A DNA stretch of 64,000 bases, taken from positions 248,001 through 312,000 of the forward strand of contig JAPETS010000028.1 of assembly GCA_026023565.1 (NCBI GenBank), in the 5' to 3' direction. A program made the position numbers and the translations under genes. Positions 47,357-59,078 of this stretch are shown here, piece by piece. Positions within the stretch are counted from its first letter, which is position 1; every line of letters begins with the position of its first letter. Source of the DNA: Cirrosporium novae-zelandiae (Eukaryota). The notes under the pieces were generated by a model that worked only from the letters and a program-made list of their open reading frames with translations, was not told the DNA's origin and ran no database searches.

Positions 47357-49986
47357 TGACGGACATTCCTCTCCCTCGAATCGCGGTGCCCCCGTCCATC
47401 CGCGTCCAGCACGAGTCTAATTTAAACCGAAATAGCCCTTTCGGACAATCGCCTTCCTCTCCACGCCCACTGCCCTTCTCGCGCCACTCTGGTCCAATGT
47501 CGATACCTCGCGCCAGGGAGGATGTACCGCCGCCGTTGCCACCTCCTCGATTGATTGACATGTCCAATGACTTGGGTTGGAAATTTGGCAACCGGGATGA
47601 ACATACAAGCTTTGGACGACATGACTTTCTCCCAATCAACCCCAGCTCCAGTCTTTGTGGTGGCATGCAAAGGGATTATGATGGGAGGGACGAGGAGATG
47701 GGTCGACCTCCATTCGTACGGCGCAGCAGCTCCCAGTCTACCGTGAACCAGCACAGCGAAGGGGACTACAAGCAGGAATTGCCTCATTTCGCCGATGAAG
47801 GATATCATAGTTTATCTGGTTCGAGCATTGGTGCATATCCGTTAGTACCTCCTGGTTTCATCCGTCATCTTTTTGCCGCACAGATCATCATCATGGCTGC
47901 GTTTTTATGGACGATTTGGAATTTTCTTGCTGCTACCGTGTCACGAGGATTACATAATGTTTAATGCGTTCCTTTCTATTCTTTAATTCCAGTTTTACCT
48001 CCCTCAATCGTCTATGGTCTAGAATTTTTTTTTACTAACATTTTGGGAAATGACGGATAGGCTTAAATCCGAAAAGCCGCTCGCTCAGCGGAATCTAGAG
48101 GATTCATCCCAGAACTACGACAAACAACTCCTCTCCAAGTTTGGAAAGCCACCTTCTCCCTCTCGATTATCGAATTATGGAAGTCTCGGACCGGAAGTAT
48201 CACCCAAGAACAGGTTTCCATTCCAATTAAAGTCGCCATCGTCCCTGGAAATTTCATCAATCCAGTCAGATAGCGTCTCCTCGCGGTGGCCCGGCAGTCC
48301 CAAGTCGGTTGCCATTTCTCCTGGAGGAGGGCGAACTTGTTGGGATTACCGCAGCCCTAGTACCGATGAAAGCAGTGCGCCGTCGTCCGCCATTGACCCC
48401 GAGCTTCGGAAGGCTAGCCGAGGTTCGCTGCCATCTATTTTGGATGACACGTCGAGCCTGGTGAGCCGTTCGCAGCGAGGAAGCTACGACCAAACGAACT
48501 GCGAGGTAGATCGCCCTCTCGATGAGACAGGAAGAATCGGCCAACTACATATTGGTGAGAGGACAGAAGGGAATTCCGGATCAAAACAAGGGATGAAGAG
48601 GCGAGCTTCGTCGCCAGTGCAAGATGTATGGCGAGAGGACAACAAAGTGTCACTGCAGAATCTCAATGGCAGCAATAGTGGTGCAAGACGGCCCTCACCC
48701 GTGCATCGGTTACACCCCAATCATGGATCGGTGTCATCTTCGACATCCTCGATGATGGGCATCAGAAACGGATCGCTTGGCTCGCTGGGATCATCAATGG
48801 CACTGTCGGTAGGAAGTAGTATGACCAGCATGTCAGGATTCGAGCGGTTTTCGCCCGGGGGGATTTCACCGTCGTCGGAGGCAGAGTTTGGGCAACAGAT
48901 GCAGGAGTCGCCTTACCAAACGGCGGCCTCGCTTAATCCTTCTCCGCGTCAATCCCTGTCGCGCGCCCACCCGAACCAGCAGACAGTTCCCACCTTAGGT
49001 ATACCCTCTGTAGGTCTCTCGACAAAGCATCCACAGCATCCACAGCAATCCTCAGTGACCTCTTCCACTTCCGACCGCCAACCATCCGTGACCGCCATGT
49101 CTGTTGACCCTAGCCTGAACGGCAACCCCTATGCCATTCAACCCCCCAAAATGCAGGGTGGTTATTTTTGCGAATGCTGTCAGAAAAAGCCTAAGAAATT
49201 TAATACGTTGGAGGAGCTTCAGTAAGTACCCTTTGCCTTCTACTCCGTCCAAGTCAATTTCAACGCCTGCGACTCGAGAATTGCCTGCACAGCGAACGCG
49301 ATCCTTCCCAAACTTTGCAGCAAACTCTTTACCAGCTGAAGGGGATAAGATCCTGCAGCTTGATCCTGGCGCTTTATTCCGTCTTAAGGATTTTTATCCC
49401 TTCCATCTAACCCTGACTTTAATTTAACTGTGCTAATTAATTCTGCCTTTTTTCCTCTAGAGCGCATCGGGATGAAAAACAATACACCTGCCAATATTGT
49501 CACAATCGCTTCAAGAATAAAAATGAAGCCGAGCGACACCAAAATTCTCTGCATCTACGCCGCCACTCATGGTCCTGCGCCGCCCTGTCGAGCTATCAGG
49601 CCGCCTTCCATCCCTCACCACATCCCTCCACCTTGACACCTGCTGGCCCGACCGTAGACCTTTGCGGGTACTGTGGCATGGGATTTCCATACCCACCGGA
49701 TTGGGAGCAACGATACGATCATCTCACTACTTCTCACAAATTTGGCGAATGCAATCAGTCGAAGAAATTTTATCGCGCAGATCATTTCAGACAGCACCTC
49801 AAACATAGTCACGCAGGAACCAGTGGAAAATGGACCAACATGCTAGAAAATGCGTGCATGAGGGACGAAACGCCGCAGTCGGAAAGATTAGGTAGCCTCA
49901 GTAGCGAGGCAGGGCGAGGAGCTGGTAGTAGTTCAGGCACACCAATTATGACGAAAACGATCAACGAAGTTCACGACGAGTCATAG
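47356..49986 (+). CDS. C2H2 zinc-finger protein, putative transcriptional regulator (exons 47356-47840, 48061-49221, 49461-49986)
   Basis: Ser/Pro-rich N-terminus; CECCQKKPKKFNTLEELQ|AHRDEKQYTCQYCHNRFKNKNEAERHQNSLH; CGYCG...HLTTSHKFGECNQSKKFYRADHFRQHLKHSH. The start codon is inferred (A at -3). Confidence 0.88.
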
Positions 49987-51616
49987 GCTGGCGTTTTGAT
50001 AATTATCTTCACGTCATGGAGGAGGTCTTTATATCTCTCTCCAGGATAGGGGTTTTTGTGCTTCTTGGTTCTCTTGACACTCCACTACGGTGGTTTTGTT
50101 TTCTTTGGAGAGAAGGTGGCTTGGTGCTTTTTAAGCAGAACACAGCGGCTTTGGTTTGAAGATTTTTGGTGTTTTTCTCTCTATTACTCGGCGTTGCTAC
50201 ATTTGCATAGGGACATCAGCGACTGATCTTTGTTTCTTTGCCTTTTGCCTTTTTGCCCAACTCTGCGCCCAATGGGACGCATGATGACCATGATGACTGT
50301 CACAACAAAAGCTCGCCTGTTACCTATTTTCGCCCTTTTTTTTCGAAATGAGATTGCGACCCACAATCTAAAGACAACGAGATGTCCGCAACCCTTCTGC
50401 TTCTGTGCCACAGCATCCCATCATCAGTCCATTCGCCACAATCAGATTTTTTGAAATGGCGAGTCGAGTTCAGCCCTCCATCGGATTTCTCAAGTTGAGT
50501 TTGGAGGCTTGCACCTCGAATCCCGAATCTCGAACCTAATCCTCGGACCTGACCGAAAGGGTCATGGATATGGCCTAAATACCCCGAAAACAGCAACCTT
50601 CATCCCTTCCCGGCGTTTCTCCGCATTTTCAGTCCCAAAATTTGACATTAACTTTTTCCAAACTTTCACAATAGCCTTTTCAGCCTTATCCTTTTCACTT
50701 TTTATTTTTTTTCTCGCCATTGATGCTGTGGCTTAGTTTTGATTCCGTACGAGGGGAGGAGGGAGGAGATCTTGGTTCGGTATTCTTGGGGTATTGACTG
50801 TGGATGTGAATTTTTTTCCTAAAGGGATTACAAACGACCTGCTTCTGTTTCTCCGTTTCTGTGCCTAGACATATAGGTTAGGGTTTTGATCATTCATGAT
50901 AACCATATCATGGCTGACGGCGCCACACACACCGAAACCCCCACAGCCGGCCATTTTTGGCCGTAGGCTGTGTTGGATTCGTTCGGTGAAAACTTATTAC
51001 CTTGTTTGATATTTTCAGATTGTGAGACCACACCGGTGTCTATTCATACACCTTCCTGATTATCCATTCTCGGGTATTATTTCAACCAAGTTTAATGATG
51101 ATCGTAACCATATATATTCTACTGATGAGCACGGACGGCCCATGCAATGCTGCGTGACTGGATTTGACCTGACTTAACCCAACCTCCCTGGACCGGATAT
51201 ATGTCTTCTGATGTATCTGAAAGTTTTTGGAATGAAATTCGTCTAATAGAGGTATGCCATTCTCAAAATAAATATTTTTCTTTTGGACATTCCGGGTATT
51301 ATGAATGCCTGGGAAATAGAGAGGAAGGGGGAAGTTGTCGACGTCCTCTTGTCCGGGGTTCCGAGATTGGGTGGATTGGATTATGTATCCAGGGGAGGAG
51401 AGATGGCTGGTTAGCTTGTTTGTTGCTGTTGCTGTCTCAGAGTCGGTTAGATTTTGGCTCGTATGAAGAAGTGGATCGATAGACCTGGTGGATTGTTGGA
51501 AGCTTGTTCAGACGATGGGGGGGGGTAGGGTTCGAAAATCCATAGAATTAGTTATATTTTTTTGTACATAGAATTCATAGTACATATAGGCATTACATCA
51601 AATCACACAGCCAGTG

Positions 51617-52537
51617 CTACTTGTTCTCTTGGTCTCCCGTCCATCCTACCACCCTTGCAGCCCTCATCCTCCATCCCTCCCAACTATTCAGCTTGGGCCT
51701 GACATCCAAATAGAAATTCAACCCCCCCTTCCCCCCATGCATCTCCCTTCCCTCGTAAAAATCAATCACATACTCGACCCTTGTCCCACAGCGATCCACA
51801 ATCCAATCATGCCGATCAAATGGTTCCTTGTATCCCAACAGTCCATACAACCTCGCCCTAGGACTCCTCTTGGAACTATCCCCAGAAAACGAAACCAACC
51901 TCGGCCCCAATGGACATGAGGCGCTTGTGTATGGGTTCTCCCAGGTTTTTATGAGGTGCCAGGCGCGTTCGTTGACGGCATTGTGGATGGGGACGATGGT
52001 AGACATGTCCGAGGGGGAAGTCGGCTGGGATTTCCGGAGCAGGGCCTGGAAGAACTGGGATTCCGAGGGATACATCCAGTTGCCCGAGGGGCTAGTGGTG
52101 GGGAGGTGAGTTTCGCTGTTCGGGGAGCGGGAGGCGTGGGAAGCGGAGGTTTGGGATTGCGGGGACGGCGTTTCTGTGTCTGGGGAGGCGTCTGCGCGCG
52201 GAATGCTGCTTATTTGGCGGTGGTGCGATAGCTGGGATGGTGTTTGTGGGGTCCTTATGGTGGCTGGGAGGGGATGCGATTGGGCTTGGGAGAGCCAGGT
52301 TGCGCGGGCGTTGCTGTCCACCGGACAGGCTTGTGGAGAGGAGGGGTCAGCTGTGGGAGGTAGAGGGGGGTGCGTGGGAGGTAATCGGTTTTGAGTCTGG
52401 TTCTGGTTCTGGGTCTGGGTCTGGGCCGATTTCTCGAGCCAGGCGGCGCGCGCTTTTTCATCTACGGGACATGCGGATATGGATGATGGTGAAGAGGTGG
52501 AGGTGGAGGAGGGGGGTTTGCTGGGTTGGTTGCCCAT
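51617..52537 (-). CDS. CYT2: Holocytochrome c-type synthase, most likely cytochrome c1 heme lyase (yeast CYT2 type)
   Basis: MGNQPS start; two CPV heme motifs (ACPVD..ARAxWL); RQISSIPR, NWMYPSESQFF, IHNAVNERAW, PFDRHDWIVDRCG, YVIDFY, FYLDVRP. Confidence 0.9.
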   Translation of the reverse strand: MGNQPSKPPSSTSTSSPSSISACPVDEKARAAWLEKSAQTQTQNQNQTQNRLPPTHPPLPPTADPSSPQACPVDSNARATWLSQAQSHPLPATIRTPQTPSQLSHHRQISSIPRADASPDTETPSPQSQTSASHASRSPNSETHLPTTSPSGNWMYPSESQFFQALLRKSQPTSPSDMSTIVPIHNAVNERAWHLIKTWENPYTSASCPLGPRLVSFSGDSSKRSPRARLYGLLGYKEPFDRHDWIVDRCGTRVEYVIDFYEGREMHGGKGGLNFYLDVRPKLNSWEGWRMRAARVVGWTGDQENK

Positions 52538-52837
52538 TCTGAGTGGAGAAGGTGGTGGTGAGGGGAGATGTGATGGATGGCAATGGTGACTAGAATTCTT
52601 GGTCTCGTATGCGGAGTTGGCTATGTTCAGATATCCTTCTTGAAGAGCAGGCAGTTCGGACTCAACTCGCCTATAGGTAGGCATACATTACTAAAGCACT
52701 GTCCCTACTAATCCATCATGACGCTATGTGCAATGTCGCTCTTTCTAGAAAAAAACATCTAGAATCATTAGTTGTATGGGGATTTGGATATAATCAATTG
52801 AAGACTAGTCTAGTTCAACTGCAAGGGTTGATTCATC

Positions 52838-52892
52838 GATTGACTGATTGACTGATTGATTGACTGATTGATTGACTGATTGATTGACTGAT
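52838..52892. repeat. (GATT/GACT)n tetranucleotide microsatellite
   Basis: Directly visible tandem array in the heme lyase/MVD1 divergent promoter. Confidence 0.9.
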
Positions 52893-53253
52893 GGATGGAG
52901 ACTCCAGAATCCGGAAACGGGATATGCCGCTGGTGCCATACAGGGACTCAACTCAATTCGGTCATTCATCAACCCAAAGATAAATCGATCATATCATTTA
53001 TCTCTAGGACCCATTGTGGGGCAAAAAAATACAAAAGAAGAAGACGAAGAAGACGAAGAAGAGAAAAAAATCACATCACCTAGGTGAAAGAAAAGAAAAC
53101 ACCAACACAAAACACAAGTCAATTGTTAATTGCCTTTACTGTTCATTCCTCTCTACTCTACTCACTCCAATCAATCCACTCTTCCATTTAGTCGGTCTAC
53201 TTTGATTATTGAGAGCTAGAGAAATTGAAAATCCAGCAGCAGCAGCAGCAGCA

Positions 53254-54600
53254 ATGGCGGATAAGAAGGTATATCGAGCCAGCACCACAGCTCCTGTGAA
53301 CATTGCTGTGATCAAGTAAGCCATGCCTATTCCCTATTTACCTTCTCACATATATACATACATTATACATTCATGTCTATTTCTACAATCTCTTAAGAAA
53401 GAAAGAAGAAAAAGAAAAAGAAAAAGAAAAAGAAAAAACTCACCAGGGAACCCATAACCAACCAGATACTGGGGAAAACGCGACACGGCCCTAAACCTCC
53501 CCACCAACTCGTCTATCTCAGTGACTCTCTCCCAATCAGACCTCCGCACACACACCACCGCCTCCTGCTCGGCCTCCTACCCACCCCAAGATACGCTCCT
53601 CCTAAACAAAACCCCACACCCCGTCACCTCCGCTCGCACCCAAGCCTGCCTGCGTGCCCTACGCTCGCTCCGCCATGCCCTCGAAGCCTCCGACCCCACC
53701 CTCCCCCCGCTATCAACCTACCCCCTAAAAATCGTCTCGGAAAACAACTTCCCCACAGCCGCGGGCCTGGCCTCCTCCGCCGCCGGTCTCGCGGCCTTAG
53801 TCCGCGCAATCGCAGACCTCTACACCTTACCCGCCACACCAACTGAGCTCTCCATAATCGCCCGCCAGGGCTCCGGCTCCGCCTGCCGCAGCCTCTTCGG
53901 CGGATACGTCGCCTGGCGCATGGGCACCCGCGCCGACGGCGAGGACAGCATCGCCGAAAGCGTCGCTCCGCTATCCCACTGGCCCACTATGCGCGCGCTG
54001 ATCCTCGTCGTCAGTGCAGAAGCCAAGGGCGTCAGCAGTACCTCCGGCATGCAAGCCACCGTGCAGACCTCATCCCTCTTCCCCATCCGCGCCACGGACG
54101 TTGTACCCCGCCGCATGGAGGCCATGGAAAAAGCAATCCTCGACCGTGACTTCGACGCTTTCGCTCGCATCACCATGCGCGAGAGTAACAGCTTCCATGC
54201 CACCTGTCTCGATACCGAACCCCCCATCTTCTATATGAATGATGTTAGCCGTGCGGCGGTTAGGGTCGTGGAGGGGATTAATAAACGTGCTGGGAAAGTA
54301 ATCGCGGCGTATACGTTCGATGCGGGCCCGAATGCGGTGATTTATTTCTTGGAGGAGAGTGCGGGGGAAGTTTTAAGTGCGTTTAAGGGAGCGTTGGGGC
54401 GGAAGGAGGGATGGGTTAAGGAAAAAGAGGAGGTGGTAAAGGTGGGGGGGGTGGAAGTGAACGAAGAGGATTTGGATCGGAAGGCCTTGACGGCGTTGGA
54501 GGGGGGGGTTAGTAGGGTTATTTTTACTAGGGTTGGAGAGGGGCCTGTGAGTGTCGAGGAGCATTTGGTTGGTGAGGATGGGGAGCCGGTGGGGAAATAG
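53254..54600 (+). CDS. MVD1: Diphosphomevalonate decarboxylase (exons 53254-53315, 53466-54600)
   Basis: TTAPVNIAVIK|YWGKRD..LNLPTNSSISVTL, NNFPTAAGLASSAAG, ARQGSGSACRSLFGG, SNSFHATCLD, AYTFDAGPNAV. Confidence 0.97.
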
Positions 54601-55510
54601 AGGTGGGGTTAGTTGGGTGGAGTGGTGAGGGAGAGTGGTGAAGGGATGGATCGATACTCCCAGGATGAGAACTTCAACGTTGCTGTTGTTATTGCGGGTA
54701 TGGATACCTATATATATGTGTGTGTGTTTGTGTGTCTATGCTTTAGTACGGATGGGATGCATGTTATGCTACTTCTACATCTACTACTAAAACGGGGCCG
54801 GGGGGGGGGCATTAGAAAGAGTCTAACATCTGACACTTGACATCTATAGCCCGAAGAAAGAAGAAGGAAGAGAAGATGAAGAATAGAAAATCATGATTAG
54901 AGATTAGAGACTAAAGATTAAAGATCGTGGGAACGTGGGAATGTATATGCAAGATGAGACAAATAACACTCGAAAAGTAGCCTAATCACATAATCACATA
55001 TATTAATCTCTTACCAAATCCCCTCAATATACTATCCTGTGCTATATTTATGATTATAGTATTCCAGGATGCGTTCCATAGCTCCATGACTTTAACTGTA
55101 CAATACACCAAGCATCTGATAATAAATAAGGAATATATTTCTTGAAGGAAGACAGTAGTAACAAGCACACCTCCAAAACATCTTTGATGTTTCTTAGGGA
55201 AAATGTATGATTCTCCTATGCAAATGGATAGGTGGATGGGTGACTTGCTCGCTTGATTATACGCGAGGTATTTGATACTATATCACACCTCGACAATAAG
55301 TAAGGAATATATATTTCTCTTGGAAAAGGAGGATAGCGGTAATAGCAAGGGTAATGAAAACGGCCCCCCCTAGAACGCCTTTGATGTATGTTTCTCTTAG
55401 GGAATATGGGTGGGTGCATGGGTGGATACGATACTGGAAATAAACCGTCATTACCACCACCAGAAGTCCAACAAGACAGAAAAAAAGAACCTCAAAAACA
55501 CCATCATCCC

Positions 55511-56436
55511 TTAACCCAAAACAACAGCCAACACCACGATCACCAAAATAACCGCCAAAATCAACAACAAGCAGCAAGCCTTGCTCCGCGCATTCTTCTG
55601 ATACCGACTCGCGCTCCTCAACTCCCGATCCGCCCCCTGCGTCTCCATGCGCGTGTTATCCACATTGCTATAGATATCATCCAGCTGCTGTCCCTGATCA
55701 TTAACGAGCACGGCCACATCGCGGAACAGCTCATGCAGCTCCCCGACGCTCTGTTCGATATTGCGGATCTCGGATTCTCGCTCGATAATGAGGGATTCTT
55801 GGAAGTCGACTTCGTCTTGGGGGGCCAGGCGGATTTGCTCTTGGAGTTGTTGTTGTTGCTGCTGGGTTTGTTGGGGGGAGGGGGGACGCCCGCCTGAGGT
55901 TTCGCCTTCGGCGGCGGCGGCGGCTCGGGCGGCTGATTGGGAGGCGCGGAGTTTTTCGAGTGCGGAGCGTTGGGTTGTTTGGAATTCTTGGAGAGAGGCT
56001 CCAAATTCGCGGGAGAGTTTTTGTTGGGTGTATCTTTGGTGGGGCTGGAGGAGGAGGAGTAGGGCGGTTAGTTATATATAGCTTGAATTGGAGGATGTGG
56101 GTGGAGAGGAGGGGGGGTCCAATGGGGAATTCTTACATTTGTATTCTCCCAGCTTTGGATCCTCTTGATTCCCTCTCCGACTTCTTTGAATCCGTCCTTG
56201 GTGTCCTCTAGTAGATCCTGTACCCGTTCTCGCACCCGCTCCGTCTCACGCTTGGTTCCCAGCAATGCAATTTGGTTGGATAGTCGAGAGATGTTGGAGG
56301 TGAGGCTGACAAGCTTGTAGGAGATTTCTTCCGCCACGCGCTTGAATTCTGGGTCGTCGCTGTACTCGGGATCATCTCTGCGACGGGTGGTGGTTGGTTG
56401 AGACTCAAGCTCAGGAAGTCGTTGGTAGTTGGACAT
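55511..56436 (-). CDS. PEP12: Endosomal/vacuolar syntaxin (Qa t-SNARE, Pep12/Vam3 type; exons 56436-56137, 56044-55511)
   Basis: LLGTKRETERVRERV (Habc); EVDFQESLIIERESEIRNIEQSVGELHELFRDVAVLVNDQG (SNARE); C-terminal TM ACCLLLILAVILVIVVLAVVLG. Confidence 0.88.
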
Positions 56437-56939
56437 GGCGAGGGGTTATCTGAGGGAGGGATGTGTCGTGTGGTTGTAGATGGAGGTATTGAAATGACAG
56501 TAGGGATTGATGGAAAAGAGAGAGCAGTTGATAACACTCAAGTGTATGTATTTATTCTTGGTGCCTGGTTCCTGATTGTCTATGCACTTACCAACTTGTG
56601 GGAGGTTCCAAGTTCGCAGCGATGATGACTGATTGATTGATGCTACGACAAAAGGGGAATAGCGGTTTCAAACATTGCAACAATCAAGACATTCAACGCA
56701 AATGGTGCAAATAGTGCAAAGAGTGCAAATGCCAGAGCAAATGTTTACTTTGATACTTTCACCATCCAAATCTCAACTTCTTCCTTGATAAACTGGAAGC
56801 ATTTTTACTACAGACTCATTTCACAACAGTTCTTTCCGTTTGATTTTTTCTAGAATGCTTCCTTGAGCTTCCGCGCCCCTAAAAGGCATCACCATCTTTT
56901 ATCTTCTTACTGCTATTTTGTTTAATAAAGCGCGCAAAA

Positions 56940-59033
56940 ATGACGACAAGATCAAAGTCCCCAGTGGTCAAGCTAGACCCAAAGCTCTATCGGGAGCAAC
57001 TTACACCTGCTCTGCATCGCCGCTTCACCCATGCTGCTCTAGTATCACTCGGAGTTTGTTATCTGGAAGCCATCATTATTGGACCAAAAGATTCCTGTAT
57101 AGTTCCTCACAAAGCTCGAGGGTGTTTCCCTCTGTATATTAGTGCCCTATAGTTAATATCTTTCCTTGTAGGGATATGGACATGGAATCCTATAGGCACA
57201 GCTGGCATGAGGACCCTGCTGCTGTTCATCTCGAGTCTTGCAATAGAGACCTTACGAGTATCGCAATTACATGTCGGCGCAAGAACCACCGCATTTCCAT
57301 TCACTACATTCCTCCGATCACTATTTCGACCCGATACCTTTATGACATTTGCTACATATATCTTTTCCGCTTGTTTCTTCACTGAAGTGTATATATGGTC
57401 AGCAGCGGGAGATGAAAGCCTACGGTTGACAATTCAGCCAAAGTGAGTACGAGGCTTGGGAATCTACAAGGCTATTTTACTAATAGTATGTAGGCCATAT
57501 GAACGCAGCCGTATTAATGAGAAACCGGTATATCTTCGGAGCGTTGCAGTAATCCTCGGGGCATGTCAAGCATTCTTCCACCTTTACTACGACTACGGCC
57601 GAGTGCCTTTACCAGCCACGAAGACTCAATTGGAGGCGGACGCTCAAAAGAAGCAAGGCTCACTACTTCCTCCAGCTCTACAATTAATTAGGGATGCCAT
57701 ACGACCTATAGCCGCTAAAGCGGCTTTCAGAGCTACACTTACTGCTGTGGCTTCTCCGTTGATATATCCACTCCTGTTTCGAGAATGTGCCTGGTCGTTG
57801 GCGAAAACAGCTGCAAAATTCACTTCAGACGTGCCGAAGGTGTCAGAGCCGCCATTAATACCCCCATTTCACTTCTGGATCATCATCCGTTCCATGTCCA
57901 TTGGGTTCCAGCTGATAGTTTTATGGGAAATTACAAACACGGCTTTCAATGCATTCACCACAGCAGAACCCTTGAAAGACGGAAAGCCATTAACTAGCCA
58001 CTCGAAAAATCCAAACGGGGCTTTAATGCTAGGGTTGAGGTCCAAGAAGGAAGTACCAAAGGTATGGTCCGCGAGCCTCGGAAATTGACATGTACTAACT
58101 ATATACCAGAGCTTTGCATTTTGGGAGTTGCTTCACATAACTTTGCGTTTCTCAGCTCGGAGGATGACTATATTTGAGGAACTAGATAATGCAGGTGCCC
58201 CAACCTGGAAAAGGTATAAGACAGCATGTCTCCATCAAGTTCAACAGATTGATAGCCGTATTGCTGCATGGAAGCGCTCAAGCGCAGCTCGACCAAAGAT
58301 GGACCAAACAGCGGGGTCAACAAGTCTTGTCAAATTACCACGAATGTCTTTGGCCATCAACAATAACGATATATTGACTAGCCGACCCCCGCCTAACTCT
58401 TTTACGGAGCTCACGGCAAGACAGGCTGGCAAGCTTGCTAAGTCGTATGGACAGAGTCCAGACTGGACTCCCCAAGCCAAGGAATATGTCAAGACAGGAT
58501 TCCGAAAGCTACCAAAGGAGTTCCGAACAAAATATGATCCGAACAACCTTCGACAGCCCATCAGTAATTTTATTAGGCAGTTCCTACTCTCTCCCCTTGG
58601 TCAGCCTTTTCGCCAAACATTTAGCAGGAATGCATGTGCGATTGTGTTCGGTTCTCCAACTGGTAATTTAGGGGTCGTACTCGACGCAATCAACTGTCTC
58701 ACTAAACTGCTAGTTTGCAGTTTGAAAGAGGATCCGTGGGGAAAGGCGCAAGCAGATGTTTCGGAGGTAATATGCGTGTTTACGCAAACCATCGAAGCGG
58801 TAGAAGAGTTGTTACAAACACTTCCAATACCGCGTACAGATGTATATTTTGATGATAGGAGTGGAAGAAACGTTGAGGAGGTGATGACTCTCCTGAAATG
58901 TTTGTCCGAGGGACTCAGGGAGTTAATCGAGGCATTTCAGCCTTATGCCGGCGACATTGGGCTTTCGCCTCGAGATTTGACAATGGCGAAAAGGGCGGCG
59001 GGTATTGAATTTGGTGACGACTTGTATGATTAG
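56940..59033 (+). CDS. NDC1: Transmembrane nucleoporin Ndc1, 4 exons
   Basis: YREQLTPALHRRF, WNPIGTAGMRTLLLF, LRVSQLHVGART, FFTEVYIWS, YERSRINEK, PLKDGKPLT...PNGALMLGL, FAFWEL, SLKEDPWGKAQADV. Confidence 0.88.
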
Positions 59034-59078
59034 TTTTAGAAAAGCGTCCCCAGCGACGATAAAAATAATTAGCGGGCT

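Noticed and set aside
52538..52684. 49-codon in-frame ATG extension upstream of the heme lyase
   Set aside because: Does not resemble the family; MGNQPS (myristoylation-like MGxxxS) is the more plausible start. Not excluded without TSS data.
14661..54600. A sterol/lipid gene cluster (SCP2 thiolase, LAM, thioesterase, MVD1)
   Set aside because: The genes are spread over 40 kb among unrelated housekeeping genes, with no evidence of co-regulation.
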